Assembly (NCBI RefSeq): GCF_964204645.1
Contig: NC_134031.1
Span: 14,805,807 to 14,869,806 of the forward strand
DNA from: Tubulanus polymorphus
Taxonomy: Eukaryota > Animalia > Nemertea
DNA: 64,000 nt
Reading direction: 5' to 3'
Below, one piece after another: positions 30,101 to 39,716 of this stretch. The position numbers and the translations under genes are program-made. The stretch's first letter is position 1. Every line of letters begins with the position of its first letter. The notes under the pieces were generated by a model. It was not told the origin of the DNA. It made no database searches and saw only the letters and a program-made list of their open reading frames with translations.

Positions 30101-31184
30101 GGATGTTTTTAATTCTAACAGGATACTTATCTATCTTATAATTACTTTCAAATGGTTTATAATGAGTTAATCTAAAACTATGTGTAATATCTTCTGTTGG
30201 ATGTAAACAACTTATTATAGCCCATAGAAAACATTTATCATCTTCATTTTGTACGTTTATAACAGCATTAGTTTTAAATGGTAGTTTAATATAACTTGTT
30301 CCATTTATACTATCATCTTTATAATATGATAAATTATTTTCATCAATTGGTTTTGATTTAGTTAACTTATTATATTTTGTGTTATAAACATGTAAAGTTA
30401 TAAATATTATCTCATCAAATATTAAACCAGATCCTTCAAAATATTTCTCTTCTATTTTAGTTTTTACTTCATTATAACATTTATCTAATTTATCATCTAT
30501 ATGTTGTTTAGATATAATATGTTGTGAATGAGAATTTATATTATATATTGGTTTATCTTCAGATTTTATAAACTTTACTTTAACTGATATACTAATTTTA
30601 GGATATTCAACATCTGTAATTATTTTTATTATTTCTTTCATATTTTCTAAATGTTTTTTATTTTCTTCTATTGTTTTACTTTTATGAAATTTAAACTCGA
30701 TAGCTGCTGGACCAATATCACTTTTAAATGCTTCGGTTATTTCTATATCTTTTTTATTATCTAATGAATTAATATAATTTCTTACATCTTCCATGTATGG
30801 TCTTTTATTGTTTAATTTATTTTTTATTCTTTTAATTGTCTTCTGTTTCTTATCGTTATCATTATCAAAATAATCTTCACCTAAAATATCATTATTCTTA
30901 TTTCTAATATGACTTATAGATTTTAAATGTTCTTTATAATATCTTTTATCACTGAATGATTGATTACATGCATCACATTTGTATGCTTCTTTTTCATCCT
31001 TTAATTCTTCTAATTTATTTTCTAATATATCATCTTCATATTCTAGTTTCAATTTATTCTCTAAATGTGTTTTAGTTTTATTGTGTCTTGCTTTTTGGGA
31101 TTTATCTATATCGATATTACATGTTGGACAGTAGTACTTATTTGCTTCCATTTTAATACTATATTTTTTATTAAAATTGAACAT
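27117..31184 (-). CDS. Protein-primed family B DNA polymerase (pPolB) with N-terminal zinc fingers, OTU-like and endonuclease VII-like domains
   Basis: Exonuclease motifs YGDFES, FHNLSGYDAH and RFIDS. Polymerase motifs YIDANNLYGWAM, KLMNNAFYGKT and YFDTDS. Also NEDDKCFLWA...NHY and CYYC...RDHDH...AHENCN. The real start may be the second ATG (31151). Confidence 0.97.
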   Translation of the reverse strand: MFNFNKKYSIKMEANKYYCPTCNIDIDKSQKARHNKTKTHLENKLKLEYEDDILENKLEELKDEKEAYKCDACNQSFSDKRYYKEHLKSISHIRNKNNDILGEDYFDNDNDKKQKTIKRIKNKLNNKRPYMEDVRNYINSLDNKKDIEITEAFKSDIGPAAIEFKFHKSKTIEENKKHLENMKEIIKIITDVEYPKISISVKVKFIKSEDKPIYNINSHSQHIISKQHIDDKLDKCYNEVKTKIEEKYFEGSGLIFDEIIFITLHVYNTKYNKLTKSKPIDENNLSYYKDDSINGTSYIKLPFKTNAVINVQNEDDKCFLWAIISCLHPTEDITHSFRLTHYKPFESNYKIDKYPVRIKNIPKIERDNNIKINVFDLIKLPNTKGNNIKHYTLEPLYLSKYYDSNDVIDILYYENHYMWIKRIDLFFKSENDFDNKIYLCRKCLHKFRTESALLNHKQLCENHDYCKLVLPNEKDKILEFKKYDYKNKVPFVIYGDFESLNKELTDKDRKDIYYKRKKLNSNENDFSDEPPITNTIKKIHQSAAAFGLYIKSNYPELIKSEYYDYRNENVINHFCDLLIEYEIRFNEKLNKNIEIIMTEEDKEEFAFADECYYCEKIFNYKDKKVRDHDHLNGKFRGAAHENCNLQAKKINFVPVIFHNLSGYDAHLFIKQLCYKIEEINNEIEILNSNRSKDKIPTYKFRMLAKTSENYISFQFGCLRFIDSYRFLSSSLDNLSKSLVDDELKILKEYYPNNDDFQLMRYKGAIPYSFYKNHNDFNITELLKEQFYDELKNEYVKDEVYNRTLNIWNHFKIENHGQLVDLYLKSDVLLLTDIFERFRDVNLKYFNIDPCHCYSSPGLTWDCGLEFTDIEMDLLTNIDQLLLFEKSIRGGVSGVLGDRYFNVNDNPGYKLLYIDANNLYGWAMMEPQPYGMFEITEVLQIDKFDWKKRILDIVDDSDTGYFFVVDLEYPENIKFKSRNLAYCPEHKTVKHEELSNYQKRIKPDNHIHTEKLMVTQEGKYNYVVHYRMLKFYLRQGMILKKVHRYISFSQSKWLEKYIDFNTTQRTKSKTDFEKDFFKLMNNAFYGKTCENIRNRNDIELVSNGKRIRHLQSYPKFIGNRIFDENLAAVKLKRTSMKFNKPIYVGAAVLELSKLLMYEFYYNILQPHFGEKHIEILYFDTDSYRLKIKTDNITDDLKTLKHHFDFSNYPKNHELFSNDNKKVPGKFKDELGGEEMIEFIGIRSKMYSYKTKEHEAKKLKGITKSVVEKNIHFKDYINCIFNEEVRKHKMKCLRSEDHEMYIEEIEKISLNPFDDKRYILDDGIHTVAYGCNLDEYIKFKREETKENEIMKRILAAC

Positions 31185-31826
31185 AACACTTACCTCTCAA
31201 CGCGTCCCGCCACGTATGAGTCCTACCGCGTGTGAGTCCCGCCTATTTATACTACTCAACAGTGGGGAAAACCAAGCTGCGTGTTGAGACTTGTAAATTA
31301 TGAGGCTTGTGATTGGCTAGTGTAATAGGGAATACTCAACGTGTTGAGACTTGTAAATTATGAGGCTTGTGATTGGCTAGTGTAATAGGGAATACTCAAC
31401 TGTGATTGGATAGAGTAATACTCAACTGTGATTGGATAGATTAATAGTAAAATACTCAACTGTGATTGGCTGGAAATACTCAACTGTGATTGGCTAGCGT
31501 AATACTCAACTGTGATTGGCTAATGTAATTTCCTAGATGGATGGTTCTAGAATCAACATGTAATACGCAATACTCAACGTGTTGAGGCTTGTAAATTATG
31601 AGACTTGTGATTAGATAGAGTAATAGGGGTTTAGTTGTTCTATATCAAAGGTTGAGAGGTTGAGGTTGATAAATTTTCCAAAATGTTAAAATAATAATAA
31701 TTTCTACTTGAATTAGGAGTGTACGCGACTAATTCAAGTAGAAATTATTGTTATTTTAACATTTTGGAAAATTTCTCGACCTCGACCTTTCGACCTTTGG
31801 TATAGAACAACTAAACCCCTATTACT
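31024..31826 (-). repeat. Right terminal inverted repeat (803 bp), includes the promoter and 5' end of pPolB
   Basis: Reverse complement of 13928-14730. Confidence 0.95.
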
Positions 31827-31968
31827 GCCGTGAAAGGCCCAGTGCACAGATATATGCGCAGCTTGGAGGATGTCGTTACTAACCAATCAGAAATCCCGTT
31901 TTATTTCAAACCGGGTTTTCAACGGTATACATTGAGTAATCTGATAAGATATCACTATCATCAGTTGA

Positions 31969-32201
31969 GGCGCAGTGGCCGAGTGTGTTAAGCCGCCAGT
32001 CACTACTGGTCTCGTCAATCCAGGGTTTATGGGTTCTACGAGCAAGAGATAATAGCTCGTAGATGGGTTCAAACCCTGGTGGCGACAGAGTTTCTTGGTC
32101 GAAGGTTCTTCTCTGGTCTCTCTCCCATTGGGAAAAAGAAACATCGAACCCGCTTATAATGCCCTACGTGGCGCTTAGCGGGTAGAGGGTGTTAAAAAAA
32201 A
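31969..32201 (+). mobile_element. tRNA-derived SINE
   Basis: A-box-like GTGGCCGAGTGTG, B-box GGGTTCAAACCC (32065-32076), 3' hairpin ACCCGCT...AGCGGGT and an A8 tail. Confidence 0.6.
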
Positions 32202-32587
32202 TTTTCTGGTCTCGACCCCTTCTCGTCATCCCCTCCCTCCACCCCTCCCTCCTCCCCTCCCTCCTCCCTTAGATCAAGAAAGGATAAAAACCGGTTGTTG
32301 CTAAGCGCATCACTGTTGGTTGTACATTAACTGCCTCCTCGATGATCGTGCGATACGGGCGCCATCTAGTGAATATTAGAAAACGAAGTATAACTACAAA
32401 GTCCAGAACGCAACATGAAAATAATAATTGTTTTAGTGAAATCAAGAAGAAAGAAAAGTGTTGAGGTTTTTATTGAAATGTAGAAGAAATTTATGCTAAC
32501 TAGTAGCGCATCTAGCGGCTCCTCGATCACCACAGTATGATTCACACTAGTAGCGCACCTAGCGGCTCCTCGATCGCCGAAGTATGA

Positions 32588-35254
32588 TCACTCTACGAGT
32601 TCCGGTAACGACATGAAAGCTAGAAATTCTTGCAGTTTTCTTGGTAACGGAAGCTCACGTATACTACCCAGAATTCCTTGGCGTCGATTCATCCTTAAGA
32701 TGTGACGTAATCTCAGGCGACACGCCCCTTTTAACGACACGACCTGATTGACGTGAAATTTGAAATCATTTACGAAAACCTCCACATTGTTATCGCTACT
32801 ACCAGTATCAGCGTCTTGCGCTAACTTGCATCTATCCATAACCGACTCGGTGATGTCGTAACCGCATTCGTGGAGCCTCAGTACGGTCAATAGATCGCGC
32901 TTTGAGACGGCCATGTTTACGAGGAATGTCGGGAAGTTCTGATTAGCTAAACAAATTACTAAACTCGTCACATATAAATTCCACTCGTACAAATCGAGAA
33001 TGCACTTATCATTGAGGTTAATCTCTGCTCCGTATGACGTCATTGTCTTCAACAATTCAACCGTATTCACCAGCGTAAACTTACGGAATCGAATCGGTTT
33101 CTGTAGCGACCGAATTAGCAAATTCTGAGTAGAGCTTCTAAGCAACCAATCATCGGTCAAGTGTGAGGGGAGTTTAGCCAATAGGAACTTGACCAATTCG
33201 ACATTGCACGCGCTATGACAGGCCAAATCCAAAGCCGTTGACATTGTATCCGCGGTTTTATCATCACCTCTGGCCCCGTTGTCCAGAAGTTCCGCTACGG
33301 CCCGAGTTTGTTTATTCAGATTGGTTTTATTAAAACGCATTAAAGATGGCGGCGCGAACTTACACAGCATCAGCAGCGGTGTCTCACCGGTTATTGGATT
33401 CCGTGAATTCACCTCAGCACCGGAAGTCAGCAATATTCTAATCGATTCGACCGGAACTCGCGTTGACGAGGTTTGCGAACAACACATCATCAGTGGCGAC
33501 GTCTGTTGGGCGTTAAGAGTATTAACATTGGCCCCTGCGTTCACGAGCGCGGAGATAACGGCGGGTTTTTCGGGATCCTGCGCGCAGGCTTTATGTAACG
33601 CAGTGCAGCCGTTTGTATCTTCACATTCCACGTCGCACAACCCGCTCTCAATCAAAATGGCGACGGCTTCCTCCCTCACCACGGCATAATGTAAACTCGT
33701 GCAACATTTGTGATCGACCTTGTTGGGATCGGCTCCGTGAGATAACAGCTTACCTATGATGGCCGCAAAGCCACCCGCGCATGCGTAGTGTAAAGCCGTC
33801 TTGCCATCCTTGTTGACGGCATTGGTCAAATCTTCGATTCGTTTCGATACGAATTTATTCGTTAAGATGCTGTCGACGATGTCTGAACAGCCGGAACGAC
33901 AGGCCAGGTGTAACGGGGTGTTCTTATCGCAGTCGACGTACTCGACTCCCGCCCCGCTCTCAATCAGATATACCGCCATAATACCGCGACCCCTAGCGGC
34001 CGCAATATGAAGCGCCGTCGAGTAGTTCTTGTCCACTTCCGTCAATGCAGAGGGCGCTGCGTCGAGTAGGATTTTAACGACATTAGGTTTACACGTACCG
34101 AGCTCACAAGCTTCAGATAACGGCAGGCGTCCATTGTTGTCCTTAGCCAATGGATCAGCCCCGTTTTCTAGCAATAGACTCATGATATCCTCGGATAGTC
34201 CTATCCGGGCTGCCGCGTGTAGAGCAGTTCGATTCTGAGTGTTTTTGCCGTTAATATCCGCCCCGAGTTCGAGTAGGATCGGAATCACCGTAAACATCTG
34301 CGACAACACTGCTGTATACAGAGGGCTGTTACCGAATCGTAAATTATTCACATTAGCGCCACGTGCGGACAGATTCCGAACCATATCACAGTTTCCGGTT
34401 ATCACAGCTAGATGAAACAGCAAATCGATATCGAGGCTGAAACCGTTAATATTAGCGACGGCGGATTGGTGGTTGTGATTGCCGTCATTAGCAACGTTCA
34501 ATTTCAAAAATTCAAATTCAGATTCTACATTATCTTTATCAGAATTCAAACATTCACGAATTTCGTCCACTTTTGAAAGCACCATTTTCGCAATAGCCAT
34601 ATGACCTTTCTTCAAGGCCGTATCTAAGACAATTTGCATATTCTTGAAATCGATCTTAATCCCGGAAGACAACAATTGATCGAGAACCTTCGTGTAGCCT
34701 TTAGAACATGCCTCCATCATGGCGCTGTGTACATCCGCCTGCGCAAACACGCCCCAGTTCAACAGTCGTTCTACGATCCGATCATAACCTCTACTGGCAA
34801 GCGAGGGTAGAATATCCTTACCGAACATACGACCACCTTTTTCGTGTATGAAATTAGCAATTTCTATATCGCCCAGAATACAGGCCCGCGCTAACGGTGA
34901 GGCGTAGTCAAACGAGCAGTTTATATCAGCGCCATATTGGATCAATAACTCGACCAGCGGTTTAGATCTTAGCCCTACGGCGCACATCAAACATTTACCT
35001 AACAGTTTAGCAGACGACACGGTCCCGAGATGTTTTAACAGTACGGTGGCGACCTCCAGTTGTGATGTGGATACGGCCTCGAGTAATGGCGACTGCGGCC
35101 ATTGGTCCGCGGCCGGAATAATCGCTTCCGGTGAGAACCGGTGTAGAAGCAGCTCCTGTACCATCTCGGTGTCACGAGCTTCAATAGCGAATTTTAGAGC
35201 GTCGCCGAAATACCTCGTTCTGGCGGCGGAAGCGTCCGCTGCTGCCGGCTCCAT
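32588..35254 (-). CDS. Ankyrin-repeat and SOCS-box protein (ASB-like), single coding exon, 888 aa
   Basis: Many TALH/TPLH ankyrin repeats and a C-terminal SOCS box SLKGACRLRLR...IRELPLPRKLQEFL. Confidence 0.9.
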   Translation of the reverse strand: MEPAAADASAARTRYFGDALKFAIEARDTEMVQELLLHRFSPEAIIPAADQWPQSPLLEAVSTSQLEVATVLLKHLGTVSSAKLLGKCLMCAVGLRSKPLVELLIQYGADINCSFDYASPLARACILGDIEIANFIHEKGGRMFGKDILPSLASRGYDRIVERLLNWGVFAQADVHSAMMEACSKGYTKVLDQLLSSGIKIDFKNMQIVLDTALKKGHMAIAKMVLSKVDEIRECLNSDKDNVESEFEFLKLNVANDGNHNHQSAVANINGFSLDIDLLFHLAVITGNCDMVRNLSARGANVNNLRFGNSPLYTAVLSQMFTVIPILLELGADINGKNTQNRTALHAAARIGLSEDIMSLLLENGADPLAKDNNGRLPLSEACELGTCKPNVVKILLDAAPSALTEVDKNYSTALHIAAARGRGIMAVYLIESGAGVEYVDCDKNTPLHLACRSGCSDIVDSILTNKFVSKRIEDLTNAVNKDGKTALHYACAGGFAAIIGKLLSHGADPNKVDHKCCTSLHYAVVREEAVAILIESGLCDVECEDTNGCTALHKACAQDPEKPAVISALVNAGANVNTLNAQQTSPLMMCCSQTSSTRVPVESIRILLTSGAEVNSRNPITGETPLLMLCKFAPPSLMRFNKTNLNKQTRAVAELLDNGARGDDKTADTMSTALDLACHSACNVELVKFLLAKLPSHLTDDWLLRSSTQNLLIRSLQKPIRFRKFTLVNTVELLKTMTSYGAEINLNDKCILDLYEWNLYVTSLVICLANQNFPTFLVNMAVSKRDLLTVLRLHECGYDITESVMDRCKLAQDADTGSSDNNVEVFVNDFKFHVNQVVSLKGACRLRLRHILRMNRRQGILGSIRELPLPRKLQEFLAFMSLPELVE

Positions 35255-36685
35255 CTTATAAACACACCAGCTGCAATAGCAAATATCATTATATATAATT
35301 ACCTTGAATTTGTTTTATGTGAGTCATAAAATATAGTGGAACTATGACCTCGGATACATATAACGATTTATTGGTTATTCGCAAAGCTAAAATCCCATCC
35401 CAAATAGGACAATTCAACTAATTTCATACTGGATATTACGGAATATCGGTTAAAACGAAAAGATTTTCTAGCGTCTAACCGAGTTTCAGCTCTGTTACAT
35501 GTTTAGAGGATGAAAAGTGTGATTGGCATCAGACTGCGTGTATCTAGACGTTTCACGGTATATGTCCCTGGGGAGTCTGTTGGCGATGGGTTTACAAGGC
35601 AATCCAAACAGTACCACTATAACGAAATTTTATAAATCAACCCACAAGTTTTTAATAAAAACCCTAATTAAACCTGCTGAAAGGTTAACTTACATGCAAA
35701 CTCCAATTTGTTCAGAAATAAAGTTAGGCCTAGTTGGTGATGCATGAATCGTATAGATGGCGAATGCGTCGTATTGAACGTCACTGGCGCGTCACACTTT
35801 ATCAATGACATGTATTTAAGGCTATTAATAAACTAGCTTTATACATGTGTATATCCATGCATACAAGAGTCTTAGAGTGACAGTAACGGGCTCAAGTATT
35901 TATTATTCTTTCATAGATTAGTTTTACAAATACCTCAGATTTATGGAGCATTCTAGTGCTCTGTATATATACAAATAAACGGACTTTACTTGAATAATTC
36001 AGTCCACAGTAGCACACGTATTTCTGTGTGGTTGTAAGCTAAAAACAGCTATTTGAACGATCAAGTGTTCGAAGAGCCCACTGCCGTCTCCTCCCGGAGC
36101 GCAAAACCTATACGAGCTCATTCCTCGTCACTATTAACACAACTACATTGTACGACGAAAAGAATTTTGCCTCCACACAAAAAAAATTGTTTATACATGC
36201 AGAATGGTGGGTGACCCGATCTGTAGACTGGTGTGATAGTCTCTGCGAGTAGTTAGGCCTTCAGTCATCGGTACATAAGTCATAGATTCTGCAGCCTCGG
36301 TTTCAGTGGTTTTCAGTCGTTTCCGAAGAGCCGTTACCGCCTGATCGTAATAAAACGTTCATCATTATGGAATAGTATACCCGAAAATCTCATCTTACTT
36401 ACAACTGTATATCTCAAATATGATAAACTATCGATTTGTTTATCTCCGACATCGCATGACCTGAACAGTAGTACACTTTCTATAGCTTGCAGCAGTACCA
36501 GTACTGGGTGTATTCCGCCATTACAGCGCTCCACAATAATAGCACTCGACACACGACGCGCGCGCGCGCTGATCACAGCCGCCGCCATCGCGGTCAACAC
36601 GCGGCAAATTTGAATTAGACCGTCGTGCAAGTGCCCTCTAAGAAAACTGTCTGTGTTTTTCCATGTGTTGATCTGTATCACCCTA

Positions 36686-36909
36686 CAGTGGAACCCGCCC
36701 TAATTCGGATCATTTGGGGCCAACAAAATTCATTCGGTTTACGGCAAATCCGCAGTAAATCGAAAAACATGCAAAATCTATCAATCAAATAAATTACAGG
36801 GTCAATCCCTATCTTGAGATTGAAAAAAGTCATTTCGTTCTTGTATATTAATGAACAAATGGACTGCAAATATTGTCCAGATTAGACAGATCAAGATTGG
36901 ATTTGACTG
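36686..36909. mobile_element. Tc1/pogo-like MITE (TA|CAGT...ACTG|TA), dispersed family
   Basis: TA-flanked CAGT termini and an internal TAATTCGGATCATTT shared with copies at about 4983-5141 and 40523-40678. Confidence 0.6.
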
Positions 36910-37424
36910 TATAGCTAATTTTTCCATTAACTCGGTTGATTTTAAATTGATTCAATAGTTGTGAAATATCTGGACTCGCCATTAAATAAAAACTCAAGTC
37001 AATCTATATATGATAGTATATCAAAGCGTGATAATAGCATAGAACGAACATTGATTCTACATATCAAAACATTAAATTGTTGAAAAAAATATAAAACAGT
37101 ACATGTATGAATACTAATTTCGTATTGTTCAAGTCGAATGTAATAATATGAAATGTTTAAAATTCACAACATTGTAATATAACATTATTCGCGCTAAATT
37201 TACATCGCATAAAATGATTAAAGCTTGACACAGTCTATCTATAGACGCTAACGACCATACATAGTCATTATATAATGTCTTAAACACGGTAAACATTTAA
37301 AGAAACGTCAAAAAATCGCCTACCACACTCCGACGATTTGAATCGAATGCCATTCAACTCGGTGAATATCAACGGTCCTACTAGTAGCTGAGTAAAGGTC
37401 AAGGCTGAGTGATTTGAAACTTTA

Positions 37425-38903
37425 TCAATCTTTCGATTTTTTCTTCAGTTTTTCCGCGTTTTCTAACCGCAGTTTGATTTCATCGCGTTTCTTTTCCAAG
37501 TCGAGTTTATCTTTTTCTAGCGACCGATTCACATCGGACATCATCAACTGTTCATCGAAGAATCGTTTAGCGGTTTGTTTGGAAATTCCCGATCCGCCGC
37601 GACGACTACTACAGCTCACTCTATTTTTCGAATCTTTCAGTGATTTCTGAATTCTCGAACAAATATATTTGTATTGAATTTCGAGGATATCGTTATTTCT
37701 GATGGAATCAATAGAATTTGCGCTTTTTAAGAATTCATTTCCGTTGAATAATTCTGCAATCGTTTTAATCGCTTTCTTTTCGTCGATTTGAACCGGGGGC
37801 TTTCTGTCACGAGGTGGTGTTATTTTCTTTCTGACGTCAGGCGGTTTTGTTTTCGTTTTGTCACCAGACGGCGTTACCAGCTTACGTGTCGGTTCCGACT
37901 CACCAGACGAGCTGGACGCCGGACTACCCGGACCAGTCAGATCGATCTTCTGTTTTTTCGTAACCACGCCGCCAGTAACCGCTCCGCTTGTCGAAGGAAT
38001 CGCTGCATCAAAATCTCGATACATTTTCAACTTCATTTCTTTGTTTTTATGTTTTTTACTCTCATTATGAATTTGAAGTTGTTCAGCGCTGTTTAACGGA
38101 CAGTCACAAACATAGCAATTATAGGGATTTCTCATCTGTAACAAACTCGTACTAGTTACACTGGTTACACTAGTTACACTGGTTAAATTGCTCTCCCCGC
38201 GGATGCCAATTACAGACGAATTTTCATTAGTCACCATATTGGAACTGCTAGCGCCCTCTCGCAGCTGTAGCCGTTTTGATTTGTGTTTCGAACTTCGACA
38301 GTGAATTTTATATTGTTCGATCGTATCCACGCAACGTTTACAACAATCGCACCAGATTTTGCAGTTTGGCATGATAACAGGACAATCATCGTCACTTTCA
38401 TCTTCATCTCCGGTCAGCGCCTGTAACCCGCTTGCACCTCCTAGGGCTGGTGTTGTCAACGACAACTGTTTGACATTTTTCTGATGTTTTTTGCCCCTGA
38501 TATGCTGTATAGCCTGCTCACGTGACGTGTACTCAGCCCGACAGATTTTACATTTGCCAAATCCTCGTTCGTCGCAAGTTTCACTTTCCCGGATTATATC
38601 GGCATGACTTGCAGCGCCGTCTGATGTTGAAGATGACTGACACTGCCTCCCGAACGGCTCATCTCTAAGTTGTGCAGGTTGGTTTATTATCGGCGATGTT
38701 TTCGGGGCAGACCACGAACTGCGTTCCATACGCGCCGCGATATCTTGAACCCTTTTTTCAATTCGGACACATCGTTCTCGGGAGGAATCAGACGCCATTG
38801 CGAATCTTTTCTTATGTTTTTCGGACGCGTAATGTTGCTGTACATTGAGTAAACCGCTGAATCGTTTGTCACATATCTCACAATGTTGTATCTCTTCATC
38901 CAT
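37425..38903 (-). CDS. Matrin/U1-type C2H2 zinc-finger protein (ZNF346/ZNF385-like), single coding exon, 492 aa
   Basis: Four widely spaced CxxC-x12-H-x5-H fingers (HYASEKH, HIRGKKH, HCRSSKH, HNESKKH) and a C-terminal coiled coil. Confidence 0.85.
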   Translation of the reverse strand: MDEEIQHCEICDKRFSGLLNVQQHYASEKHKKRFAMASDSSRERCVRIEKRVQDIAARMERSSWSAPKTSPIINQPAQLRDEPFGRQCQSSSTSDGAASHADIIRESETCDERGFGKCKICRAEYTSREQAIQHIRGKKHQKNVKQLSLTTPALGGASGLQALTGDEDESDDDCPVIMPNCKIWCDCCKRCVDTIEQYKIHCRSSKHKSKRLQLREGASSSNMVTNENSSVIGIRGESNLTSVTSVTSVTSTSLLQMRNPYNCYVCDCPLNSAEQLQIHNESKKHKNKEMKLKMYRDFDAAIPSTSGAVTGGVVTKKQKIDLTGPGSPASSSSGESEPTRKLVTPSGDKTKTKPPDVRKKITPPRDRKPPVQIDEKKAIKTIAELFNGNEFLKSANSIDSIRNNDILEIQYKYICSRIQKSLKDSKNRVSCSSRRGGSGISKQTAKRFFDEQLMMSDVNRSLEKDKLDLEKKRDEIKLRLENAEKLKKKSKD

Positions 38904-39716
38904 CGTGATGCCACGGAGTCCAGTCGAGCACGCTTACAGTCCACTTAAAACGCGACAGTATCCACAGTAACCACTAAACATACGATCCGGAACGACGCAG
39001 ATCCACAGTTAATAACAGCGCAAAAACTGAGAGGACGTTCCCATAAGCATTTTAATGCTGTAACGAAATTACCACGTCTCGGGGAAATCCCATTCGCGGT
39101 TTCGCTTTGTTAGTCGTGAGCTTCGCTAAGTAAATAAATACTGTTAAAACGGCACCGGGATTCGGAGTAACATTGATATCACTGATCAATTCTATGTTCC
39201 AGGTTTTGAAGCCTACTTTTACTGGAATTATTCCAGTCAAACAGCCAGACCCGTCCCGGCCCGTTTTCTGAATCTGGGAATCCCCTGTACACAGTGCTGA
39301 TGATCTTCATTCTCAGACAATGATCTCCACTCACTCCAACCGTCACCGAAATTGATAAAATCAATAGATATTCGCATTGAAAAAGTAAGTAGTTCTCTGA
39401 CTTTATTCAGTTTTGAACGTCGGAGTATATGTTTTTCAGCGGTTTAATCGATTGACTGGGACTCGAACCTAATTCGCGCCAGATTCCGGTCGTTTTCTTA
39501 ATTCAATTCAATTCAATGGAATGTTGAGGGTCGCGTGGAGACTATTGAATTGAATTGGGGCTGAATTGATACAGTATTCGCAGATAAATAAATTCGTTTC
39601 AATCATTAAATCGCTGGTAAATAGATGTTCGAACCGGATATTGGAACTCGTGTAAATTCGATCTTATTTTGATGATAATCAATTCGAGACAATTAATTGT
39701 ATTTGTAGAAGAGAGA

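Larger units (their letters stand above)
13928..31826. mobile_element. Complete Maverick/Polinton endogenous DNA virus, 17,899 bp
   Basis: 6-bp TSD GCCGTG (13922-13927 and 31827-31832), termini AGTAAT...ATTACT and 803-bp TIRs. It encodes pPolB, RVE integrase, packaging ATPase, MCP and mCP. It is intronless and visibly more AT-rich than the flanks. Confidence 0.97.

Noticed and set aside
13928-31826. Contaminating free virus or misassembled contig
   Set aside because: The exact TSD and flanks that rejoin into a palindrome indicate true integration.
31969-32085. tRNA gene
   Set aside because: The A- and B-boxes are too far apart, and the sequence continues to a hairpin and A-tail, so it was called a SINE.
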